Shown: one piece after another, positions 49,072 to 62,853 of the stretch
Layout of the letters: every line of letters begins with the position of its first letter
How positions within the stretch are numbered: the stretch's first letter is position 1
Source of the DNA: Leucoraja ocellata
Lineage: Eukaryota
Direction: 5' to 3'
Assembly: GCA_036785375.1 (NCBI GenBank)
Contig: JAWMAR010000392.1
Location: 1,116,001 to 1,180,000 of the forward strand
Length of the DNA stretch: 64,000 nt
Notes under the pieces: generated by a model
What the model was told of the DNA's origin: nothing
The model's database searches: none
Seen by the model: only the letters and a program-made list of their open reading frames with translations
Translations under genes and position numbers: made by a program

Positions 49072-50678
49072 AGATACTTTTGAAAAATATAAAAGTGGAA
49101 AAGTCTCCAGGTCCTGACAGGATTTTACCTAGGACATTGAGGGAAGTTAGTGTAGAAATAGCCGGGGCTATGACAGAAATATTTCAAATGTCGTTAGAAA
49201 CGGGAATAGTCCCCGAGGATTGGCGTACTGCGCATGTTGTTCCATTGTTTAAAAAGGGTTCTAAGAGTAAACCTAGCAATTATAGACCTGTTAGTTTGAC
49301 TTCAGTGGTGGGAAAATTAATGGAAAAGATACTTAGAGAAAATATATATAAGCATCTGGATAAAAGGGGTCTGATTAGGAACAGTCAACATGGATTTATG
49401 CCTGGAAGGTCATGTTTGACTAATCTTCTTGAATTTTTTTGAAGAGGTTACTAGGGAAATTGACGAGGGTAAAACAGTGGATGTTGTCTATATGGACTTT
49501 AGTAAGGCCATTGACAAGGTTCCTCATGGAAGGTTGGTTAAGAAGGTTAAACTGTTGGGTATAAATGCCGGAATAGCAAGATGGATTCAACAGTGGCTGA
49601 ATGGGAGAAGCCAGAGGGTAATGGTGGATGGCTGTTTGTCGGGTTGGAGGCAGGTGACTAGTGGGGTGCCTCAGGGATCTGTGTTGGGTCCTTTGTTGTT
49701 TGTCATGTACATGAATGATCTGGATGAAGGGGTGGTAAATTGGATTAGTAAGTATGCAGATGATACCAAGGTAGGGGGTGTTGTGGATAATGAAGAGGAT
49801 TTCCAAAGTCTACAGAGTGATTTAGGCCATTTGGAAAAATGGGCTGAAAGATGGCAGATGGAGTTTAATGCTGATAAATGTGAGGTGCTACACCTTGGCA
49901 GGTCAAATCAAAATAGGACGTACATGGTAAATGGTAGGGAATTGAAGAATACAGTTGAACAGAGGGATCTGGGTATAACCGTGCATAGTTCCTTGAAGGT
50001 GGAATCTCATATAGATAGGGTGGTAAAGAAAGCTTTTGGTATGCTAGCCTTTATAAATCAGAGCATTGAGTATAGAAGCTGGGATGTAATGTTAAAATTG
50101 TACAAGGCATTGGTGAGACAAAATCTGGAGTATGGTGTACAATTTTGGTCGCCCAATTATAGGAAGGATGTCAACAAAATAGAGAGAGTACAGAGGAGAT
50201 TTACTAGAATGTTGCCTGGGTTTCAACAACTAAGTTACAGAGATAGGTTGAACAAGTTAGGTCTTTATTCTCTGGAGCACAGAAGGTTAAGCGGGGACTT
50301 GATAGAGGTCTTTAACATGATGAGATGGATAGACAGAGTTGATGTGGACAAGCTTTTCCCTTTGAGAATATGGAAGATTCAAACAAGAGGACATGACTTC
50401 AGAATTAAGGGACAGAAGTTTAGGGGTAACATGAGGGGGAACTTCTTTACTCAGAGAGTGTTAGCGGTGTGGAATGAGCTTCCAGTGGAAGTGGTGTCGG
50501 CAGGTTCAATGGTATCATTTAAAAATAACTTTGATAGGCATATGGATGAGAAGGGAATGGAGGGTTATGGTATGAGTGCAGGCAGGTGGGACTAAGGGAA
50601 AAAAGTTGTTCGGCACGGACGTGTAGGGCCGAGATGGCCTGTTTCCGTGTTGTAATTGTTATATGGTTATATGGTTAT
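49072..50678 (+). mobile_element. CR1 LINE, duplicate of 38753-40359
   Basis: Same junctions and same frameshift at offset 10319. Confidence 0.93.
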
Positions 50679-51264
50679 ATGCTGCCTGACCCGCCGAGTT
50701 ACTCCAGCACTGTCTGTCTATCTCCGATGTGACCCGACATCTGCTGTGCCTTCACACACACCAGAATCGAACTATAGTTTGCCAGTATTCAGCAAGGAAC
50801 ACGGCCTTGTGAAGTGGGTGAAGGTACACAAGTGGAAGAGGGAACGTGTGAGATTGTCTGACCCATAAAACACTGGTACATTAAACCCAGCCTGAAAAAC
50901 ATGGACAAGAACAACAACCTGTAAGAACCGCTGTGTGGCTGATGAATGTAATGGGAATGGTTACTGAAATCCCCATTCGATTCCATGTGCGGCCAACTCA
51001 GTAACACAAAAGAGATGGAACAAGAGAACTCACTGTTTAAAGTTAGTGGAGAGTCTGAGAGATGAATGTAAGGTTTCATTACATTAACAACAATTGCCTC
51101 ATCTGTTTGTTTAAAGTTCCATGACTAATGTTAGTCATTGGACAAACTAATTGAATCACTGGAGATTTACGTCGGGTACAAATATAGGACTGGATTCACG
51201 TTGCTTGATCTGACTGTGGATCTGAGCACCGCCTCCAGCAGCATCGAGTCTCTGGGAGAGAGAG

Positions 51265-51334
51265 ATGAGTAGACCAATCCTTGTACAAATTACGGCCGTT
51301 TTCTTCCCTGTTCTCGTGGCGTTCGGGGTTCCAG
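51265..51334 (+). CDS. GPR139-like GPCR copy 3, exon 1
   Basis: Same peptide as copy 1 exon 1, donor CCAG|gtgagt. Confidence 0.88.
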
Positions 51335-52322
51335 GTGAGTCCTGTTATCGCTTGTCAATGTGACTTCGTCTTTTGAGATTTCACCCTCTTGTTCATTCGC
51401 GGTTTGTTTGTTTTCACAAGGTTTTTTAACTGTCTCAGTGACTATGAGTAGCTGAGCTGAGGCGAGAGGGGTCCCAATCATGGGTCAGAGTAAGAAAACG
51501 AGAACGGGAGGTTAAAAACCAACTGTAAGTGGTTTTATCCTTTGGAGCGCAGAAGGTTAAGGGGGGACTTGATAGAGGTTTTTAAAATGATGAGAGGGAT
51601 AGACAGAGTTGACGTGGAAAAGCTTTTCCCACTGAGAGTAGGGAAGATTCAAACAAGGGGACATGACATGAGAATTAAGGGACTGAAGTTTAGGGGTAAC
51701 ATGAGGGGGAACTTCTTTACTCAGAGAGTGGTAGCTGTGTGGAATGAGCTTCCAGTGAAAGTGGTGGAGGCAGGTTCGTTTTTATCATTTAAAAATAAAT
51801 TGGATAGTTATATGGATGGGAAGGGAATGGAGGGTTACGGTCTGAGCGCAGGTATATGGGACTAGGGGAGATTATGTGTTCGGCACGGACTAGAAGGGCC
51901 GAGATGGCCTGCTTCCGTGCTGTAATTGTTATATGGTTATATGGTTATTATATGGTTGAGCTCGCTGGTCCCACGCTCACTGGGTCTTGCTTTCTGATCA
52001 GTAAGGGAACGGGCTTCATCGGGAAATGCGCCGCCCGCTCCCAGTCTCCCGCATTTTCCATGACAGTCAATGGTAAACAATATAGAGAACATTGAGCTGG
52101 ATATTCTTATCGTGATATCCAAGTCCGTAGACTGACTACCCAACCCCAGCGAGTGTATATCGACCTCTTTATAATGTCTACAACACATGATTACTCAAAC
52201 GCTTCACTCTACTGAATATTACACCAATTGTAAACCAACACTACAAAACACTTTCTTCCTCGCCTGTCCCAGCCCCTTGTTCTGATCACCATGTTTCCCA
52301 CTTTTCCATTTCTTCCTTGCAG

Positions 52323-53242
52323 CAAATTTACTGACGGTCACTATTGTGTTCCGGGGAAGGTGCGGACTCTCCAAATGCATCAGCCGCTACCTGTTGTCCA
52401 TGGCACTCGCCGACCTCATGGTCCTGGTCGTTAACGTCACTCTCGAATTCATTAAGCCCGTGTACTTCCCAGGGTCACTCCTGGACATTACTCCAGTCTG
52501 CAGCATCATCTTCTACCTGGGTGTGGTGGCCATTGACTGTTCTGTCTCGTTTACTGTCCTCTTCACCTTCGATAGGTTTATCGCTATTTGTTTCCAGAAT
52601 CTTAAAGTGAAATATTGTACCGAGAAAACCGCGACTGTGATCATAACATCAGTGTGTGTGATCAGCCTTGCACTGAACGTTGGTTTTTGCTTCATATTTG
52701 AACCGGCAAAAGTAATTGACAATATACCAATGTTCTGTGTTAAAAAATCCACCTTCTACACATCGCCTCTCTGGGCGGCTTATTACTGGCTGCGGGTAGC
52801 ATTGACCCCGTTGGTTCCGTTTGTGCTGATCGCGCTGCTCAACGCTCTGACCATCAGACACATCACCCGGGCCAGCAGAGTCAGGAGGGAACTCCGGGGC
52901 AGCGGGAAGGGCGAGAGTCACAGTGACCCCGAGATAGAGAACCGAAGGAAATCCATCGTTTTACTGCTCGCCATCTCGGGCAGCTTCATCCTGCTGTGGG
53001 CCGTGAATGTGGTGCATAAAACCTGCATCAGTATCGCCGCTACTACTTCCTACCTGAGTCACATCACCGACACCCTCACAGTCATTCGCATGACGGGAAA
53101 CATGTTGCAATCTTTGAGCTCCTGCACCAACACGGTGATTTATGCGGTGGCGCAGACCAAGTTCAGAGCTGAGATGGTGAACCTGATTCAATTTCCCTTT
53201 GAGCTGATGCATACTCTAATTAAACTCTGTGTGAAGAAATAA
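52323..53242 (+). CDS. GPR139-like GPCR copy 3, exon 2; full protein 329 aa
   Basis: Acceptor at 52323, open to TAA at 53242. Differs from copy 1 at two residues in the ORF track (IRMTG vs IRLTG, YAVAQ vs YALAQ). Confidence 0.93.
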
Positions 53243-56161
53243 ACCTGAAATGTAACTCCTTAACGGGAAAAATCGCTCAGTGCTGCTTCTCGCCTCGGGG
53301 AATGAAGAGGTTGGAGGCACTGGCGAGTCCCCGTTGCTGCTGTTTACGCAGTGTCTGCTCCGTTTCTGGAGCAGAGGGTTCCTCATTCCTGCATAGTGAC
53401 CACGTCGCTCTCCAACCTCACCTCCGCGTGGGGGGTGGGGGGGGGGGGGGGGGGGGACACATTTTCGACGCACCGTTCACATCTGAACTCATTATCCAAT
53501 GTCTGAGTTGACGTGGAAAAGCTTTTCCCACTGAGAGTAGGGAAGATTCAAACAAGGGGACATGACTTGAGAATTAAGGTACTGAAGTTTAGGGGTAACA
53601 TGAGGGGGAACTTCTTTACTCAGAGAGTGGTAGCTGTGTGGAATGAGCTTCCAGTGAAGGTGGTGGAGGCAGGTTCGTTTTTATCATTTAAAAATAAATT
53701 GGATAGTTATATGGATGGGAAGGGAATAGAGGGTTATGGTCTGAGCGCAGGTATATGGGACTAGGGGAGAATATGTGTTCGGCACGGACTAGAAGGGTCG
53801 AGATGGCCCGTTTCCGTGCTGTAATTGTTATATGGTTATTATATGGTTAACTCCCCGGTTCATTTTCCCTTGATCACCCCGAGCGCTCAATCATTCCCGA
53901 CGCCTTGCGGCTCGCGTCTCTCGCGTCTCCCAGATTCCCCAAACCACCTTCCACCAGCCTGTTTTTAAAGAAACATTATTTCTCCTCGACAGCGGGGAAA
54001 CAATTCGTAGAGTTACTTTCAGTCCAGTTAAGTACAGTGAAAGTGCTTCCATGATTGTGGCATCCAATGTATCAAAAACCTTATATCTCCAACCACGTTC
54101 AACGATAGCTGTTCCATCTCCTTGTCCACGGATAAACAAACCGATCCACGAAATGTGGACGACTCCAACTCTCAATACAACAGCTCCCAATACAACACAA
54201 ACTGCTCCCATAGATGCTGCTGCACCCGCTGAGTTTCGCCAGCATTTTTATGTACCTGCTCCCAATACAATGTCACTCGTCTCCACTGATATTTTGGGGA
54301 CATTTTTATGAATCGACGGTAGTCGAATTCTGGTTCAATCTGGGATTTTACACAGAGTGCATGATCCCATGGCAAGCCTGATTACAAACCTACGTCACCA
54401 CATATATACACATGTCTTCATGGAGAGTAGGAACCCATTAATCGATTGAAAGATACAACGTGGATACCTGTCCTTTGGCCCACTGGCCCAACTTTTTCCC
54501 ACCAGTCATTTGTTCATTCCATCCACTTGGAATACGGTGGACAGTTGTGGGCCATATCTGACCAAGGATGCGCTGGCTTTGCACCCAGTGGTGATTAAGT
54601 TACCGTGCAAGGAGCTTTTGATGGCCCTGGGGATTAGAAGGATGGATGGGGATCTAATTGAAACCTACCGAATAATCAATGGCCGGGATGGAGTGTCTGG
54701 CGAGGGGACGTTTACAGTGTTAGGAAAGTCTCGGACGAGAGGGCTCAATCTCAGAAAAAAAGTGTCGCCATTGAAAATGGAGATGAGGAGAATATTTAGC
54801 CAGAATGTGGTGTATCTGTGCAATTTATTGCAACAGAGGGTGGTGGAGGTCATGTCATTGGGTATTTTGAAAGCGAAGATGAACCGGTTCTTCATTAGTT
54901 CGGGCGAGAAGGCAGGAGCATGGGGTTGAGAGGGCTAAATAAATCAGCCATTATCGAATGGCGGAGCAGGCGCAATAGACCTAACGGCCCAATACTGTAC
55001 ATTTACTATTTGGTCACGTTGGCTTACATTCAACAACGATGGGCAATGGGAGAGTGCAGAGAGGTGATCACACTTATGTTTCAAGGGTTTCCAACGTTTC
55101 AAAGGTCTTTTATTATCACGTGTACCAATTAAGATATATTGAAACTAGATTTACCGTACAACCATACTAGAAAAAACAAAAAGACACAGAACTACATAAA
55201 AGTGAACATAAACATCTACCAAAACGGATTCCCACATTCCTCACTGTTGTGGAAGGCAATGAAGTTGCCTGGGTTTCAACAACTAAGTTACAGAGATAGG
55301 TTGAATAAGTTAGGTCTTTATTCTCTGGAGCGCAGAAGGTTAAGGGGGGACCTGATAGAGGTCTTTAAAATGATGAGAGGGATAGACAGAGTTGATGTGG
55401 ACAAGCTTTTCCCTTTGAGAATAGGGAAGATTCAAACAAGAGGACATGACTTCAGAATTAAGGGACAGAAGTTTAGGGGTAATATGAGGGGGAACTTCTT
55501 TACGCAGAGAGTGGTGGCGGTGTGGAATGAGCTCCCAGTGGAAGTGGTGGAGGCAGGTTCATTGGTATCATTTAAAAATAAATTGGATAGGCATATGGAT
55601 GAGAAGGGAATGGAGCGTTATGGTACGAGTGCAGGCAGGTGGGACTAAGGGGAAAAACATTTGTTTTTCATGGACTTGTAGGGCCGAGATGGCCTGTTTC
55701 CGTGCTGTAATGGTTATATGGTTATATGGTTATATGAAGTCTAACCTTCTTCCCTCTTTATGCTCCCGCGATAGGGGCAGTCGAACCATCCGCAGACGAA
55801 GCTACCGCAGCCAGCGATCGAAACTCCCGTGTAGGGGTGATCGCAGCCCCACGCGATCGGGGCGGTCGAGCAGGGACCACTAGCTCCACGATGTTAGGTC
55901 CTGCAGGATCCCGCGGTTGGAGCTCCCGAAGTCGATCAGAAACCAAATGACCGCCGACTGCTCGATTTAAGCCGCAGTGCGGACGGAGATACGATACGGA
56001 AAAAAATCGCATCTCCGTCGAGGTAAATTAAAAAAAAAATTCCCTCAATCTCCCCCACACCCCCAACATAAAACAAAGCGAACACATACAGAAAATCAAC
56101 AAAGAAGGAAAAGCCTAAGACAGGCCTTTGCGGCGCCACCCGCTGGTCCAATGTCAAACCA

Positions 56162-58511
56162 GCCCACTTTTTTTGCCCACTTTTAAACAGTTTATTGACT
56201 GTACAACTAGAAGTGATAAAACGCTGGATCTCTTGTATGCAAATGTGAAAAATGCATACAAATGTACTGCACTGGCCCCTCTTGGTCGATCAGACCACAA
56301 CATGCTACATCTCTCTCCCTCCTACACCCCAGCTGCCAAGAGGCTGCCTGTCACCACCAGAACATCAAGAGACTGGTATCCTGAGGCTGATGAAGCCCTA
56401 AGGTGCTGTTTTGAGACAACAGATTGGGATGTGTTCTGTGAGGAGTATGGGGAATACATTGACGGCCTAACAGAATGCATTACCCATTACATCAATTTCT
56501 GTTATGATGACATCATGCCATCCAGGGTAATTCGTTGCTACCCCAATAACAAACCATGGATTACCAGCAGCCTGAAGGCCTTACTAAATGAGAAGAAAAA
56601 GGCTTTCAGGGTGGGTGACAGGAATAAAATCAAAGAAATTCAAAGGGAACTGAAGGTGAGGATTAAGGAGGGGAAAGAAGCATATAGGCTCAAACTGGAA
56701 CGACAGCTGCAGCAAGATGGGGTGAAGCAGGTATGGGCTGGAATGAAAAAGATCACGGGTATGAAGCAGAAGGGCGGTACACTGCCTGATGGTGAACAGA
56801 GTCTGGCTGATGATCTGAACAGATTTTTCAACAGATTTGACTGCCCAACACAATCTCAGCCTCCCCCACCTGGTCTGCTGACCGTTGATGCTTCCTCACC
56901 ATCTCCCCTCCCTCTCTCCAATACTCCTGAGATGTCATCTGCACGGGGTCCCCCCTTCCCACCTACTACTACACCACCAGCCCCACCTATGACTCTTCAT
57001 ACTGCTCAGGTCAAGATGATGCTGGACAGACTGAAGCCAGGGAAAACAGTGGGGCCCGATGACATCAGCCCAAGGCTACTGAAGACTTGCTCCTCAGAGC
57101 TGTGTGGTATCCTAACACACCTGTTCAACCTGAGCTTGCGTCTACAGAAGGTCCCAAGGCTGTGGAAAACATCTTGCCTGGTACCTGTCCCAAAGAAGAC
57201 CTATCCCACTCACCACAATGACTACAGACCAGTAGCGCTCACTTCACATATTATGAAGACATTTGAGAGACTTGTCCTCTCCTACCTCAGGACTAGTGTG
57301 TCAACTCAAATGGATCCTTTACAGTTTGCATATCAGCCCAACATCAGTGTCGATGATGCCCTTATTTACATGCTGCAGAGGGCGTACACACATCTGGACA
57401 TCCCTGATGCATCTGTAAGAATTACATTCTTTGACTTCTCTAGCGCTTTTAACACAATTCAGCCTCGACTGCTAGGGGAGAAGATGGAGAAGATGAAGGT
57501 GGATCCATTAATGGTACTGTGGTGTTTGGATTACCTTTTCCTCAGACCACAGTATGTGCGCCTACAGAACAATGTCTCAAGCACCATCATGAGCAGCACA
57601 GGGGCTCCACAAGGAACTGTGCTGGCTCCATTCCTGTTTACCATCTACACAGCGGATTGTCAATATAACACCAACAGCTGCTTTTTGCAGAAATTTTCAG
57701 ATGACACAGCTGTTGTAGGCCTCATCAAAGGGGGCAATGAGGAGGAGTATAGAGACACAATTAACAACTTTGTGGAGTGGAGTGCACACAATAATCTCCA
57801 TCTCAACACCAAAAAAACGAAGGAGATAGTTGTGGATTTCAGGAGGGGGAGGAGGAGGATTCAACCAACACCAATCACCATCAGGGGCACTGAGGTGGAG
57901 GTGGTCACCAACCACAGGTACCTTGGTGTGCAGCTTGACAGTGAGCTGGACTGGAAGAGTCATATGGAGGCGGTGTACAGGAAGGGACAAAGTAGACTGT
58001 ATTTTTTAAGGAGGCTAAAGTCATTTAATATCTGCCAACCCCTACTGTGCAGTGTCTACCATTCAGTGGTGGCCAGTGCTCTGTTTTTTGCTGTGGCCTG
58101 TTGGGGAGAAGGCGCCCGAATAGCGGACAAAAACAGACTGGATAAGCTGATCAGGAAGGCCGGCTCAGTGGTTGGGGCAGAGCAACTAACGGTCAAGCAG
58201 GTGGCAGAGGCCAGAACTCTGAAAAAACTAGGCTCAATAATGACCAACCCCACTCACCCACTCCACGCCCTGAAGGTGATCAAGTGCAGCATCTTCAGTC
58301 AGAGACTGATTGCACCAATGTGCAAAACGGAGAGACATAGGAAGTCTTGTATACCAGCTGCTATAAGGTTTTATAATGCACAAAAATTTTAACTTATTAT
58401 GTATTGAAGATATCTGTTGAAATGTGTGGTGTTATGTCTGTCTTGAAGCTGTTGTGGCACTGTAATTTCCTGTAAAGGATTATTAAAGGTTATTCTATTC
58501 TATTCTATTCT
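56162..58511 (+). mobile_element. Rex1/Babar-type LINE, 5'-truncated, with an uninterrupted RT ORF (ORF 56128-58392)
   Basis: PNNKPWIT, NDYRPVALTS, FFDFSSAFNTIQP, TGAPQGTVLAP, KFSDDT; (TATTC)n tail; TSD AAACCA (56156-56161 / 58512-58517); empty site at about 35980 and 46299. Confidence 0.92.
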
Positions 58512-58920
58512 AAACCAAATAAACCTGATCGGATGAACTGACGAAGTCAATGTCTCTCATTGTTCAAAAAGGAAGAAAATATCATCAAACCCTTTCCGTA
58601 ATGAGAGCCTGGATGAAGCTGTATTCATCGGTGCAGAATCTATCCATGTATCTGTCCAACATTTATACCTGTCAACCCAATGGGTATCACTGTATTATTA
58701 TACCCGTGACAGCCATTCTCTCTGGCAGTTCACCGCCCTCGGTGTGAAAATGTTGCCCCCTCACGTTTCGTCACATCTATCCCCTCTCCCCTTAAATCTC
58801 TGCCCTAAATCCTCTCCCTTCTCCCATCAGACAAAAGGTATAGAGGTGTGAAAACGCACACATCCAGATACTGGGACCATTTCTTCCCAGTTGTTATCAG
58901 GCACCTGAATCGTCCTTCTA

Positions 58921-59793
58921 GGGAGGTGGAGCTGCTCACAGGTTGGTGCAAATCCCACAACCTCATTCTTAACGTGGGAAAAACTAAGGAGATGGTGGTT
59001 GACTTCAGGAGAGTGGGGAAACAACACCATACACCTCTGCACATCGACGGAGCTGATGTGGAAAGGGTCAGCAGCATGAAGTTCCTAGGACTACATCTGT
59101 CTGATGACCTGACGTCCACGGCCAACACCACAGCTCTGGTCAAGAGAGCCCAGCAGCGACTTCACCCTCTCCGAAGACTACGTAAAGCAGGCCTCCCCAC
59201 TACACACCTACGGACTTTTTATAGGGGGACTGTCGAGAGCACATTGACCTACGGCATCACTTCCTGGTTCGGGAGCTGCAAGGCGTACGAACGGCACCAA
59301 CTAGACAGGATAGTGAAGACCGCAAGCAGGATTATTGGTGCTCCACTCCCCTTCCTGCTGGACATATACAGGAAGAGATGTATCAACAGAGCCATCTCCA
59401 TCATCAAAGACCCTTACCACCCATCGCATGACATTTTCTCCATCCTCCCATCTGGGAAGAGGTACAGGAGCATTAGCTGCAAAACCAGCAGGATGCTCCT
59501 CAGCTTCTTCCCACAGGCTATAAGACTGCTAAATGGACTTTGCCCCCTGCCAAGTATCGCGCACAAACCCCCACACTGCAGCAGAGCCACTGTTGTGCCG
59601 CTGCCGGTCGGAACGGCTGATGAATGTTTAGTAGAGTGTTAAATTTGTTCATGATACATGTATTTTTATTTCTATTTATTTTTTCATGCACACTGAATGG
59701 ACACTGGTTGAGCAACGTTTTTTTGTTTCCTCTGGGTATGCGAATACTCAGGAAATGACAATAAAGATATACAATACAATACAATACAATACA
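58921..59793 (+). mobile_element. Second Rex1/Babar-like LINE family, 3' portion
   Basis: LNVGKTKEMVVDFRR, FLGLHLSDDL, FYRGTVESTL, SFFPQAIRLLN; (ATACA)n tail; site empty at about 36380. Confidence 0.88.
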
Positions 59794-59922
59794 ACCGGAG
59801 TGCACTCCTGTGCTACTATCTACCTCATTGGTGACCCTGGGGCTTTCCCTGAACGGACTTTGCTGGCTTTACTTTGCACTACACGTTATTTCGTTATCAC
59901 GTATATGCATTTATGTGGGTGT

Positions 59923-61508
59923 CACAGAATGGGCAGAGGGATACATCGTGAAACTGTCAATAAAAGGTGACATAAGTAAATGTGACAACTGCCGACGGAT
60001 CCTCCTACTTCCTGTACCCGGTAAAATTCTCAACCGCGTCATCCGCAACCGTCTTCAGGAAGCTCTAGACAAGAGGCTACGGGACCAGCAGGCAGGATGC
60101 AGCAAAGATCGCCCATGCACAGACCATATAGCAACATTACGCACCGTCATTCAACAGTATATTGAATGGGACACGTCCATGTACATCAACTTCATCGACT
60201 TTAAGAAAGCATTTGGCAACTTAGAGAGAACACTATGGCGCCTAATGGACCACTATGGAATTCCCACCAAGATTCTAAAGTTAATCAAGAACTCGTGTGA
60301 TGGAATCTCATGCACAGTTATGCCTGCAGGCCAGCTCTCTTAGAGCTGTAGTGTCAGGACGGGCGGCAAGCAGGGATGTCTATGGTCACCATTCCTGTTC
60401 CTCCTGGCAATTGACTGGATCATGATGGAAACAACCGAAGAGAAAGGAAATGGAATTCAGTGACAATGTGGGAGCAGCAATGTGGGATGGTCTTGACTTT
60501 GCAGACGACATAGCTCTCCTTTCACACACACAGATACAAATGTCAGAGAAGACGGCCAGACTCTCACAAGCTGCAACAAAACTTGGTCTTACACCCAATA
60601 CAGAAAAGGCATAGGTGATGAGGATCCACGCCAAAACCAGCAAACCTATCCTTATGCACAGCACTGCTCTAGAGGAAGTAGAAACATTCACATACCTAGG
60701 CAGTGTTGTGGACATCACCGGAGGGGCAGTGGCAGACATAAAAAGTAGAATAAATAACACCAGAGCGGTTTTTAACATGCTCAAGAAGATCTGGAGCTCA
60801 AAACACATCTTAATCAACACCAACATATGTATCTTTAACTCAAATGTGAAACAGATGATGCTGTATGTATCAGAGACATGGAAAACAACAAAACACACTA
60901 CAAACAGGCTGCAAACATTCATGAACACCTGCCTTAGGAGAATACTTAACATGTGGTGGAGAGACAAAGTAAGCAATGTGGACCTGTGGAAAAGAACAAG
61001 CCAGGAGCCCATTGACCTACAAATTTGAAGGAGAAAATGGAGTTGGATTGGACACACCCTCAGGAAACGTGCCACAAACATCACCCGGGAATTCAGAATT
61101 AAGGGACAGAAGTTTAGGGGTAACATGAGGGGGGACTTCTTTACTCAGAGAGTGGTGGCGGTGTGGAATGAGCTCCCAGTGGAAGTGGTGGAGGCAGGTT
61201 CGTTGGTATCATTTAAAAATAAATTGGATAGGCATATGGATGAGAAGGGAATGGAGGGTTATGGTATGAGTGCAGGCAGGTGGGACTAAGGGGAAAAAAA
61301 GCTGTTCGGCACGGACTTGTAGGGCCGAGATGGCCTGTTTCCGTGCTGTAATTGTTATATGGTTATATGGTTATATGGGAAGCCGTGAAATGGAACCCCC
61401 AAGGCAAAAGGAAAAGAGGTCTCCGCAGGAACTGCTAACAACCGAGTGAGGTGGAGGACATTTGTAAATGGCCGATGCTCCCGAGAGGAGCAAAGGGCTT
61501 AAGAAGAA
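59923..61508 (+). mobile_element. Degenerate RTE-clade LINE, duplicate in unit 3, with nested CR1
   Basis: Slightly diverged copy with the same nested CR1 junction. Confidence 0.85.
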
Positions 61509-61896
61509 GGGACGTATGTGTACAATGTAAATGCCTCGATTGCAATCATGTATATTATTTCCGCTGACCGGATAGCACGAAACAAAAGCTTTTCACTTTA
61601 CCTCAGTAGACGTGACAATAAACTAAATTGTAACTGTAATTTTCTTCACCCCTTGCTATGGGAACAAATATGCACATTCACCCTGCCCATGCCTGTCCTG
61701 ACTTTATTCACCTCTGCAGGATCACTCCCAGTCTTCTGCTGCTCAATCAATGCCTGATCGACCTCTCCCTAAAGTGACACGAATATTCCTGCACTGATCA
61801 AAATCATAATCATACATTATTAGCCAAGTATGTTTTGCAACATACGAGGAATTTGATTTGCCATACAATCATACGTACACTTTTTCTGTGGTGTAA

Positions 61897-62028
<132 letters not shown>

Positions 62029-62035
62029 TAAACAA

Positions 62036-62118
62036 ATGATCAGCCATGATCATATTGAATGGCGGTGCAGGCTCGAAGGGCCGAATGGCCTACTCCTGCA
62101 CCTAATTTCTATGTTTCT
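62036..62118 (+). mobile_element. CR1 family B extreme 3' end, specific to unit 3
   Basis: Absent at the homologous sites near 38615 and 48935. Confidence 0.8.
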
Positions 62119-62853
62119 ATAAAGAAAATGAGAACACACCAAATATTTTTGTTTTCAGTTTTATGCCGAGCCAGTCTCGGCCCACCAGAGCAGAATCCAA
62201 CTTTTTCAGATCTTAACCAGAAACACCACCTATTCCTTTTCTCTAGAAATGCTGCCTGACCCGCCGCGTTACTCCAGCACTGTCTGTCTATCTCCGATGT
62301 GACCCGACATCTGCTGTGCCTTCACACACACCAGAATCGAACTATAATTTGCCAGTATTCAGCAAGCAACACGGCGTTGTGAAGTGGGTGAAGGTATACA
62401 AGTGGGAGAGGGAACGCGTGAGATTGCGTGACCCATAAAATACTAGTACATTAAACCCAGCCTGGAAAAACATGGACAAGAACAACAACAACAACCTGTA
62501 AGAACCGCTGTGTGTCTGATGAATGTAGGGGGAATGGTTACTGAAATCAACGCGTTATTTTGACATCCCCATTCGATTCCATGTGCGAAACAACACAGCA
62601 ACACAAAAGAGATGGAAAAAAGAGAACTCACAGTTTAAAGTTAGCGGAGAGTCTGAGAGAAGTTTAATTACATTAACCACAATTGCCTCATCTGTTTGTT
62701 TAAAGTTCCATAACTAATGTTAGTCATTCGACAAACTAATTGGATCACTGGAGATTTACCTCGGGTACAAATATAGGATTGGATTCACGTTGCTTGATCT
62801 GACTGTGGATCTGAGCACCGCCTCCAGCAGCATCGAGTCTCTGGGAGAGAGAG

